Shown: in pieces, positions 56,974-64,000 of the stretch
Position numbering within the stretch: position 1 is the stretch's first letter
How the letters are laid out: each line of letters starts with the position of its first letter
Source: an uncultured Solirubrobacteraceae bacterium
GTDB taxonomy: Bacteria; Actinomycetota; Thermoleophilia; Solirubrobacterales; Solirubrobacteraceae
Length of the DNA: 64,000 nt
Assembly (NCBI GenBank): GCA_963793935.1
Contig: CAWCBZ010000005.1
Span: 75,139-139,138, forward strand
Direction of reading: 5' to 3'
Notes under the pieces: generated by a model
The model's database searches: none
What the model saw: the letters and a program-made list of their open reading frames with translations, nothing else
Told to the model about the DNA's origin: nothing
Program-made: the position numbers and the translations under genes

Positions 56974-57638
56974 GCGACGCCGAGCAGGTCGCGCGCCGCA
57001 AGCGCGACGCGGCCTACGCCGCCGCCGAGCTGGTGCAGGACGGCATGCGCGTGGGGCTCGGCACGGGCTCGACGGTGGCCTACCTGTTGCAGGCGCTCGG
57101 CGAGCGCTCGCTGACGCAGGCGCGCTTCGCGGCCACCTCGCCGGCCACCGAACAGGGTGCGCGCTCGCTCGGCCTGAGCGTCGCGACGCTCGACGAGCTC
57201 GGCGAGCTCGACCTGGCGATCGACGGCGCCGACGAGGTCGATCCGCAGTGCTGGCTGATCAAGGGCGGCGGCGCGGCGCACACGCGCGAGAAGATCGTCG
57301 CCGCGGCGGCACGCGAGTTCGTCGTGATCGTCTCGGCGGAGAAGCTCGTCGAGACTCTGTCGGCGCCGGTGCCGCTGGAGCTCGTGCCGTTCGCCGTGGA
57401 GACCACGCTGGCGGCGCTCGGACAGGCCGAGTTGCGTGATGTGCCCAAGAGCCCCGACGGCGGCCTGATCGCCGATTACCTCGGGCCGATCGGCGACGTG
57501 CGCGAGCTGGCGAGCAGGCTCAGCGCGCAGCCAGGCGTCGTCGAGCATGGCCTGTTCGCGCCGGAGATGGTCAGCTCGGTGCTGGCCGCCGACGAGGCCG
57601 GCGTGCAGCGCCGCGCCGGCGCCAAGCCGCCGCGCTAG
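56928..57638 (+). CDS. rpiA: Ribose-5-phosphate isomerase A
   Basis: GLGTGST phosphate-binding loop, DGADEVD and KGGGAAHTREK motifs. 236 aa. Start overlaps the end of the GGDEF-EAL gene. Confidence 0.75.
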   Translation: MASARATGRERAASLSDAEQVARRKRDAAYAAAELVQDGMRVGLGTGSTVAYLLQALGERSLTQARFAATSPATEQGARSLGLSVATLDELGELDLAIDGADEVDPQCWLIKGGGAAHTREKIVAAAAREFVVIVSAEKLVETLSAPVPLELVPFAVETTLAALGQAELRDVPKSPDGGLIADYLGPIGDVRELASRLSAQPGVVEHGLFAPEMVSSVLAADEAGVQRRAGAKPPR

Positions 57639-58183
57639 CGCTGCTGCGGGCGCAGCTCCTGCGTGGAGGGCATGGTGCTGCGCGCGAGCACGCCATCCTC
57701 GCCGATCTCATAGGCGCCCATGCGCGCCAGCGGCGGCGAGTAGACGTGCAGCGTCACCGCCGGATCGCTGCCGCCATGGCGCACGCGGTGGATGTCCGAC
57801 GCCGAGAAGTGAAAGGCCTCGCCGGCGGCGAAGCGGCGCCGGCGTGGGTCGCCGCCGATCGCCAGGCGCTCCTCGCGCACGCTGCCGCCGACGACCGCCA
57901 CGGCGCCGGCGGAGATGTCGTGGTCGTGAAAGCCTGTGTCGTGGTCGTCCATCCAGCAGATCAGCCAGGCGGTGACGTGCTCGTCGCTGAGCAGCTCCTC
58001 ATAGACGCGCTGGCTGGCGTCGTGGCGCACGAAGTCGATCCACAGCTCCGGGCGATCGGCCAGCTCGCGCACGAAAGCCTCGAGCTCGGCGCCAGACAGG
58101 TCGCGCCCGCGCGGTCGCGGCACCGCCGATAGCTCACCGCGGCGCAGCTGCGCCGGCGCGGCGAGCGCCGCCGCGGTGCTCAT
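57635..58183 (-). CDS. Cysteine dioxygenase type I-like cupin
   Basis: Cupin with His cluster (WMDDHDTGFHDHDIS). Size approx. 180 aa from MSTAAALA. The upstream Arg-rich extension is rejected. Confidence 0.5.
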   Translation of the reverse strand: MSTAAALAAPAQLRRGELSAVPRPRGRDLSGAELEAFVRELADRPELWIDFVRHDASQRVYEELLSDEHVTAWLICWMDDHDTGFHDHDISAGAVAVVGGSVREERLAIGGDPRRRRFAAGEAFHFSASDIHRVRHGGSDPAVTLHVYSPPLARMGAYEIGEDGVLARSTMPSTQELRPQQR

Positions 58184-59193
58184 CGCGCCACCGCGCTCCG
58201 GTCGCGCGTGTTCGATCCGCCAGCTACACCGACGCTGCGGGCATCGGCGAGCGCTGCGCCGCCTCGCCGCAGCGCGCGGCGCGCGGCGTCGTCGACGGCG
58301 TTCCAATCGAGCGCGTCGAGCACGTCGTGCTCGGCCGGGTCGGCGACCGGCCGGTCAGAGCCGTAGAGAAGCTGCTCGGAGCCGACCGCGTCGGCGACGC
58401 AGCGAACGGCGCCGGCGCCGTAGGAGGAGGTCTCATAGAAGCTCAGCGGATCGGCCGCCAGGTCGGCGGGGCCGCCGCGCGAGCGCAGCCGCTCGGCGTG
58501 CAGCGGAGCCAGGCCGGCGAGCATCGTGAAGACGACGCGCAGCCTCGGGTGCTCGGGGCGACCCGCGCACAGGAACGCCAACCACGCGGCGTGCATGTCC
58601 GCGACGTAGCGCGTGAGCGCCGACCACCACAGCGGCTCTGCCAGCGACGGCTCGACGCCGGCCGGCGGGCGCTGACGACGTCGCGAAAGACCCGGGCCCG
58701 GATGGATCAGCAGCGGCGCGCCGGCCTGCTCCAGGCGACGCAGCACGGGTTGCAGCCGCGCGAGACCGTCGACGTCGGCGATCGCGCCGGCCGGCAGCGA
58801 CAGGCCGATGCAGCCGCGCCGCAGCGCGCGATCGACGTCTGCCGGGTCCACGCGGTCGAGCGCCAGCGCGCCCCACACGCCAAACGGCTCGCCGAGCGCC
58901 AGCGCGCCCTCGTGGTAGGCCTCGATCAGCGGCTGGGCCTGCTCGCGTGGCAGAGCCTCGATTCCCAGCGGGCTCGACAGGCAGATCAGCGCTCGATCGA
59001 GCCCGTCGTCGTGCACCAGCTGCGCGCGCCGCGCAGGCGTCTCGGAGGAACGCTCGATCACATATGGCCGCTCGCCGCTGGAGAACAGCACCGTCAGGCC
59101 GTGCTCGCGGCGCACGAAAGGAAGCTCGGCGCGCTGCGCCAGCGCCTGCACGAGCGGCTCGGTCCAGAGGTGCTGGTGAACGTCGATCTTCAT
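58180..59193 (-). CDS. Amidohydrolase-2 family protein (ACMSD/metal-dependent hydrolase)
   Basis: N-terminal MKIDVHQHLW (HxH metal site), TIM-barrel amidohydrolase_2 layout. 4-nt overlap with the downstream cupin. Confidence 0.7.
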   Translation of the reverse strand: MKIDVHQHLWTEPLVQALAQRAELPFVRREHGLTVLFSSGERPYVIERSSETPARRAQLVHDDGLDRALICLSSPLGIEALPREQAQPLIEAYHEGALALGEPFGVWGALALDRVDPADVDRALRRGCIGLSLPAGAIADVDGLARLQPVLRRLEQAGAPLLIHPGPGLSRRRQRPPAGVEPSLAEPLWWSALTRYVADMHAAWLAFLCAGRPEHPRLRVVFTMLAGLAPLHAERLRSRGGPADLAADPLSFYETSSYGAGAVRCVADAVGSEQLLYGSDRPVADPAEHDVLDALDWNAVDDAARRALRRGGAALADARSVGVAGGSNTRDRSAVAR

Positions 59194-59397
59194 CGCGGTT
59201 TCCTTCGTGCTCGGCGTCTGCAGCGACGCTATCAGCTAAACACTAGTTTGTCGACCTGATTTATGGACTTTAGCACACCGGCAAGCTAAGTCAGCTCTGC
59301 CGCGTCTTGCGAAACCGCTGCATCGCCGAAAAACCTGCCGAGATTGCCACGCCGCTCCTTCAGTCGGCGCCCGCGCCTGTCGACACCCACTGAAGTC

Positions 59398-60039
59398 ATG
59401 GAAGACCAGTCCTCGACCGCCGCGAACGCGCCGGGTCAGCGTGGCGCGCGCTGGCCTGCTCTGCTACGCCGGCGCCTGGCAGGCAACGGCGGCTTCACCC
59501 TCGTCGAGGTGGTCGTCGCCGCGGCGCTTGCGATCGGCGTGTTCGTCGCGATACTGAGCATGCTGGACAACAGCCAGCGGGTGGAGGCGCGCGACAGCGA
59601 ATGGGCGCTCACCCTGCAGGACGCACGCAGCGGCTTGGCGCGCATCGCGCGTGAAGTACGACAGGCGTCGAAGGTCGAAAAAGCTGAAGCCGGGACGATC
59701 GACTTCTTCGCGCGGATCGGCACGAGCAGCTACCACGTACGCTTGGAATGCGGCGTCGCAGAAAGCGCAACGAGATACAAGTGCGTTCGTTTCGCCGCCG
59801 AAGAAGGCAAAAGCCTGCCGGCCACCGGAACGCGGATCGTCGGCGGAGTCCTCAACGGCAGCGAAGTCTTCAAGTACTTCAAGGATGGCGCGGCCAACAC
59901 GACGGAACCGGACTACGTGACGCTGAAGCTCGAAGTGCCCGCCTCAGGCGCCCTCACGCAGAGCGGCAGCAGCTTCTACAAAAACCGCGTGGTTCTCACC
60001 AACGCGGCATACATGCGCAACCTCAACCCGGAAGGCTGA
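59398..60039 (+). CDS. Type IV pilin-like minor pilin (PilW-like), prepilin N-terminus
   Basis: Prepilin cleavage/methylation motif GG|FTLVEVVVAAALAIGVF after a long basic leader. Approx. 210 aa. Confidence 0.55.
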   Translation: MEDQSSTAANAPGQRGARWPALLRRRLAGNGGFTLVEVVVAAALAIGVFVAILSMLDNSQRVEARDSEWALTLQDARSGLARIAREVRQASKVEKAEAGTIDFFARIGTSSYHVRLECGVAESATRYKCVRFAAEEGKSLPATGTRIVGGVLNGSEVFKYFKDGAANTTEPDYVTLKLEVPASGALTQSGSSFYKNRVVLTNAAYMRNLNPEG

Positions 60040-60041
60040 GG

Positions 60042-60743
60042 ATGAGCTCGCGCAGCTTCTCGGGAGACGTCGGGCGCCTGCATCGCTGCCACTTGGGCGA
60101 AGAGCAAGGGATCATGATCGTCGAGGTGCTCATCGCGGTCCTCGTGCTCGTCGTGGGCATCCTCGGCTTGATCGGAGCGTTCGACAGCTCTCGCAAGCTC
60201 GACCTCCTGTCCGAACGGCGCACGGTCAGCGCCCACCGCGCGCAGCTCGAGGTCGAGCGCCTGCAGGCGATCCCCTACGCGCAGCTCGCGTTGATCTCTG
60301 CCCCCGCCCACTCCAGCGAAACCAAGAGCCCCGACTACTACGTCAACTACTCGAGCCCGGTGAAGTGCTCGAGCCCCAATTGCTATGCCTGGAACCTGGC
60401 GAGCACCGGCGAAGAAGAGCCCTTGGTCATCGCCACCAAAGCCGAAGAATGCCCATCGGCGATCGCCACCGGATGCGGAACGGTCGCGGCGTCGCCAATC
60501 GGTCGCAGCTGCACCTCGGTCGCGGGAGCGTGCGAATGGACCGACGGCACGGTGAGCGGCAAGGTCTACGACTTCATCACCTGGCACAAAGACGGCGTCT
60601 GCGAAAAAGAAGAAGCCGGCAAAAAGCTCTGCTCCAGCGAAAGCTACAAGCGGATCACGGTCGTGGTCACGGTCAACGTGCCGAGCGGCCAAGCACCGAC
60701 GCCGGTCCGCGTCTCGACCCTGATCGCAGAACCGACGTCGTGA
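60042..60743 (+). CDS. Type IV pilin-like minor pilin (PilV-like)
   Basis: QG|IMIVEVLIAVLVLVVGILGLIGAF N-terminal helix. Cys-rich C-terminal half. ATG overlaps the previous stop. Confidence 0.55.
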   Translation: MSSRSFSGDVGRLHRCHLGEEQGIMIVEVLIAVLVLVVGILGLIGAFDSSRKLDLLSERRTVSAHRAQLEVERLQAIPYAQLALISAPAHSSETKSPDYYVNYSSPVKCSSPNCYAWNLASTGEEEPLVIATKAEECPSAIATGCGTVAASPIGRSCTSVAGACEWTDGTVSGKVYDFITWHKDGVCEKEEAGKKLCSSESYKRITVVVTVNVPSGQAPTPVRVSTLIAEPTS

Positions 60744-60757
60744 CCTACGGATTGAGG

Positions 60758-62149
60758 ATGATTTCAATGCGCAACTACTTCCACACAAGTGATCGAGGCG
60801 GCTCGGAGGCCGGCTTTGTCCTGCCGACGGCCGTCATCGTGCTGGTCGTGATCACGGCGCTCACCGGCGCTGCGGTCTCCGTCGCGGTTCGATCGTCGAC
60901 CTCCACGACGCGCGACGACAACACGAAGGCTGCGCTGGAGGCCGCCGAAGCCGGGCTGCAGGTCGCCCAGTACCGCATCAACGCACTGAAGCCGAAAACC
61001 ACGCAGTGCGTCGCCTCCTCCGAAACCAAGACCGTGGAAGCCGAATGCAAGACCACAGCGCCCGAGGCGCTGGGCAACGGCGCATCCTTTCAATACTGGA
61101 CGTCGCTGCCGCTGAAAAACGGCGCGAAATGCGCCGGCGAAGCGGTCGTCGAAAAATCCGGCACGGTTCAGCGCTGCATCACCTCAGAAGGGACGGCCAA
61201 CGGAACCCAGCCGGGCACGCGCCTACAGGCGCGCGTCGAATCCGCGGTCGGCGAAGCGCTGTTCGCGATCCACGGCATTCTCGGTCTCGAAGAAGTCAAG
61301 GTCAGCGGGTCGGTCAAAGCCACCTCGATCGTCGCCAGCAACGGGCTGATCAAGGGAGAAGGCAGCGCGGCCTTCGAAAAGGGCTTTGAAATCTGTCCGC
61401 CAAGCGGCGAATTCAAACCGGCTGCCGGCAGCGAAAGGAACCGATCGGGCGTGACGGTCGGTGGCGTGGGTGGAACGCTGTCCAATCCGCCTTTGGAAGT
61501 CACGCGCACCTCGGGCTGTCCGATCGAAGCGAAACTTCCGAGCGTTCACGCGACCGCGACGGAAAACGAAGACAGTCACATCGGAGGGAGCGACGAATTC
61601 GCCACCGCAGGAAAGTCGGAAAACAAATTCACCGGCTCGCCGACCTACGAACTGACCGCCGCCAGCAACGCCAAGCTCACGCTGCACGGCCCGAAGTACT
61701 ACTTCTGCAAGATCCTGGTCGAACGCAATGGCGAACTGAAAATCGAAAAAGGCGTCAAAACTGAAATCGTCGTGGACTCCCACGAAGACAACCCCAGCTG
61801 CCCGGTCGGCACAGGCACGTTCGCGATCGAAGGCAGCGCCAAACTGGAAAACCCGAACGGAGCCGGCGCGCTGCTGATCATCATGATCGGCAAAGGCCCA
61901 CTGAAGATCACCAACGGAGGCAGCCTGGTCGCGAACATCTACGCGCCCGAAGCGGAAGTGATCCTCAGCGGCAGCGGCACGCTGACGGGCGCGATCGTGG
62001 GCAAGAAGGTCAAGCTCGAAGCGGGCTCCTTCAACTTCAGCGAAGAATCCGAAGCGATCGAAGTCGCGAGCGGCAGCGGCGGCGCCTACGCACGCAAGGG
62101 CTGGCAGCAGTGCACGCCCTCGAGCGAACCGGCGACCGCGATCTGCTGA
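60758..62149 (+). CDS. PilX-like pilus-associated protein with C-terminal repetitive beta-rich domain
   Basis: PilX_N-like helix GFVLPTAVIVLVVITALTGAAVS. Long Gly/Ser/Thr-rich C-terminal domain (..ANIYAPEAEVILSGSGTLTGAIVGKKVKL..). GAGG RBS upstream. Confidence 0.55.
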   Translation: MISMRNYFHTSDRGGSEAGFVLPTAVIVLVVITALTGAAVSVAVRSSTSTTRDDNTKAALEAAEAGLQVAQYRINALKPKTTQCVASSETKTVEAECKTTAPEALGNGASFQYWTSLPLKNGAKCAGEAVVEKSGTVQRCITSEGTANGTQPGTRLQARVESAVGEALFAIHGILGLEEVKVSGSVKATSIVASNGLIKGEGSAAFEKGFEICPPSGEFKPAAGSERNRSGVTVGGVGGTLSNPPLEVTRTSGCPIEAKLPSVHATATENEDSHIGGSDEFATAGKSENKFTGSPTYELTAASNAKLTLHGPKYYFCKILVERNGELKIEKGVKTEIVVDSHEDNPSCPVGTGTFAIEGSAKLENPNGAGALLIIMIGKGPLKITNGGSLVANIYAPEAEVILSGSGTLTGAIVGKKVKLEAGSFNFSEESEAIEVASGSGGAYARKGWQQCTPSSEPATAIC

Positions 62150-62216
62150 GCCCGCCGCGGCCGCCGCCCCCTTCGGTCCGGTCCGCGAAAGCCCGCAAAT
62201 CCGGCCTCTGACGAGC

Positions 62217-62281
62217 GGGGAACCGAGGAGTCGAACCTCGCGTTGCGGTTTTGGAGACCGCCGTGTATCCCGGGAATCCCC
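62217..62281 (-). other. tRNA-Trp(CCA)-like fragment with degenerate D-arm (pseudo-tRNA / att-site remnant)
   Basis: Reverse complement GGGGATTCCCGGGATACACGGCGGTCTCCAAAACCGCAACGCGAGGTTCGACTCCTCGGTTCCCC. It has a perfect anticodon arm (CCA), T-arm (GGTTCGACTCC) and acceptor 3' strand, but only an 11-nt D region. Confidence 0.45.
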
Positions 62282-62404
62282 TTCTTTGATAGGGCAGAGA
62301 TGCAGAGCGCAGTCAATAGGGACCGCTAGAGGGACCGAATCCCCCCGCCCGCAAGTGCTTGGAGCGGCCTCGAACGTGTCGATCGCGGCTGCAATGCTTC
62401 ACCA

Positions 62405-63316
62405 GTGCAGATCCATCGACCGAAAGATCAAGACCCCAAGCGCTGCCGACTATGCGGAGAGGAACGGCCGCTCACCTTTGAGCACATCCCGCCGCGAGCG
62501 GCCTATAACCGCAGTCGAGTCTCGATGCTCGGAATCGAGGCGTGGCTCGCCCACGACGCCGATCCGAGCGGTCCGGCGCCCAGGCGTCGCATCCAGCAGC
62601 GCGGTTCGGGCGCCTACTCACTCTGTGCCGAGTGCAACAATCTGGCCGGTCGCCTCTACGTACCCGAGCTGAGATCCTGGGTGCAGGCCGGCGCGGACGG
62701 ACTCTTCGGCGAGCCGGGGCTCGCGGGCCAGTTCCGCGAGGAGGGGCGCACCGTGTATGCCGAATGGAAGCTCCAGGGGTGTCGCCCTGGGCGCTTTCTC
62801 AAGCAGGTTGTCACGATGCTGCTCGCGATGAGCCCGCCCGCGCTCGGCGATCGCGTCCCTGCGCTACGCAGCTATGCGCGCGATCCCGACAAGCTCGGGC
62901 TGCCGCCCGAGTTGCAGCTCTACCTCGCGCTCTACGCTGGGCCCAACGGTCGCTACGTATCCGGAGCAGCGCAGGCCAGCCTCGGACCCGACAGCGGGAT
63001 CCATCACATCTACGAGCTGGCCGCACCGCCCTTCTCCTACATCCTTAGCATGGACGAGCAGACACCGGTGATCGAGGCGGGCAATATCTCGAACTTCGCC
63101 ACCTGTGGCATTGACCAAACGGCAAACGTCGAGATGCAGTTGATCATCGGATACGGCGAGACGCCGTTTCCGCTGGACTTCCGCTCGCCCGCCGCTCTTA
63201 GGGCGCGCCGCGGCCGAAGCCACGATGGGTGCTTGAGCAGAGGCGCTCCGTCACTTAGCCGGGGAAGATCTCCTCTCGAGTCCAGCACCGGACAGTGTCT
63301 TGGAATTGTCGTTTAG
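62405..63316 (+). CDS. Hypothetical protein with N-terminal HNH/His-Me-finger-like zinc-ribbon motif
   Basis: CRLCGEERPLTFEHIPPRAAYN ... CAECNNLAG reproduces the CxxC-H-N-CxxC spacing of HNH nucleases. The remaining approx. 220 aa are unassigned. Confidence 0.4.
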   Translation: MQIHRPKDQDPKRCRLCGEERPLTFEHIPPRAAYNRSRVSMLGIEAWLAHDADPSGPAPRRRIQQRGSGAYSLCAECNNLAGRLYVPELRSWVQAGADGLFGEPGLAGQFREEGRTVYAEWKLQGCRPGRFLKQVVTMLLAMSPPALGDRVPALRSYARDPDKLGLPPELQLYLALYAGPNGRYVSGAAQASLGPDSGIHHIYELAAPPFSYILSMDEQTPVIEAGNISNFATCGIDQTANVEMQLIIGYGETPFPLDFRSPAALRARRGRSHDGCLSRGAPSLSRGRSPLESSTGQCLGIVV

Positions 63317-63396
63317 ATTCGCGAAGGAATTAAGACACCGCAGGGATAGGCGGGCCAAGTGGTTGTCCTGCACGTGGCGTCATGCTTGCAAATACG

Positions 63397-63963
63397 TCAG
63401 CATCGAGGGATCGTCGGCGTCCAGGTGCCGAAGCCGGGCGTGTCGATGTAGAGGTCGCTGACCCAGGCTCCGCTCGTGAGCTTGTCCCAGACCGAGCTGG
63501 ACACGCCACTGCTTGGGCTGGGTCCGACCGTCTCACCTTCAGTCTGGCAGACGATCTGCACTTCGCTTCCGTCGCCCAGCACTCCGAGACTCGCGTAGCT
63601 GGAGTACCCGGGGCCGGCGCGGAGGTGCAGTCCGCAGGCGCCGTCACGGCAGGTGTTCTCGACAAAATAGACGAAGTAGCTGGGCGTCGGTGTCGGTTCC
63701 GGCTCGGGTGTGGGGCTCGGAGTAGCCCCGTTCGGGATCGTCGGCGTAGTTGCGGTCGAGGGCGTAGCACTCCCTCCTGTATGGGCCGGCAGAACCGTCG
63801 TCAGGCTGATCGTCCCACCCGGGGATGTGGTGAACGAGTCCAAGAGCTTCGATGCCGCGTCCTTAAGTGCTTTTTCTGCGACCGACGCCCCGAGGAACTC
63901 GAGGGAAAGCGGCCCAATCTTCAACTCCGGGCCGAAGCCCGTTTCGAAGATGCATCTGATCAC
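63397..63963 (-). CDS. Hypothetical protein with Pro/Thr-rich linker
   Basis: 188-aa ORF. N-terminal alpha-rich part, PT-rich linker (TPSPTPEPEPTPTPS), Cys-containing C-terminal domain. No family recognised. Confidence 0.35.
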   Translation of the reverse strand: MIRCIFETGFGPELKIGPLSLEFLGASVAEKALKDAASKLLDSFTTSPGGTISLTTVLPAHTGGSATPSTATTPTIPNGATPSPTPEPEPTPTPSYFVYFVENTCRDGACGLHLRAGPGYSSYASLGVLGDGSEVQIVCQTEGETVGPSPSSGVSSSVWDKLTSGAWVSDLYIDTPGFGTWTPTIPRC

Positions 63964-64000
63964 AATCGCGACGCCCGCTAGCGGAGACGCTTGACCGGCC

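Noticed and set aside
55377-57638. 753-aa ORF spanning the GGDEF-EAL gene and rpiA
   Set aside because: Only the last 236 aa (from ATG 56928) are RpiA. The upstream part is an out-of-frame Arg-rich shadow of the PAS-GGDEF-EAL gene.

Overview
This is a high-GC (about 70%) bacterial chromosomal window, most likely from an actinobacterial lineage (inference from codon usage and gene content: DsbA-VKOR pair, deazaflavin-dependent nitroreductase, DUF1800/DUF1501, encapsulin). About 60 genes are called. Most of the window is ordinary metabolism: agmatine deiminase and N-carbamoylputrescine amidase, acyl-CoA enzymes, a PdxH-like oxidase, an MFS transporter, aquaporin, an FTR1 iron permease, ribose-5-phosphate isomerase and a two-component system. 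The main points of interest are listed below.
1. A family-1 encapsulin operon (EncFtn cargo plus shell) at 31.4-32.6 kb. The cargo gene carries a 1-nt indel, so as sequenced it reads through into the shell gene.
2. A lower-GC island of about 5.8 kb (about 40.5-46.3 kb) lying 3' of tRNA-His. It encodes a 1207-aa secreted Rhs/WapA-like YD-repeat protein with a C-terminal clan GH-A glycosidase-like domain, a translationally coupled secreted partner, and an 85-bp imperfect direct-repeat pair around a decayed wHTH gene.
3. A lower-GC PLD-like (HKD) gene ATGA-coupled to a frameshifted phospholipase-C/phosphoesterase gene (38.0-40.1 kb).
4. A 2.6-kb tract in which two adjacent genes (phosphotriesterase-related, acyl-CoA synthetase) are shredded by many frameshifts (23.4-26.0 kb).
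5. A DUF1800-DUF1501-cupredoxin-DUF2294-response regulator-histidine kinase gene string.
6. A tandem near-palindromic TTAGGG..CCCTAA operator in front of the FTR1 iron permease.
7. A PilW/PilV/PilX-like minor-pilin trio, followed by a tRNA-Trp-like fragment and an HNH-like protein.
8. A beta-class DNA methyltransferase translationally coupled to a DUF4389 protein.
Two tRNAs are present (His-GTG, Arg-TCT). No rRNA, CRISPR array or intact IS element was seen. All homology statements are from reading the translated ORFs by eye against remembered family signatures. No database search was run.
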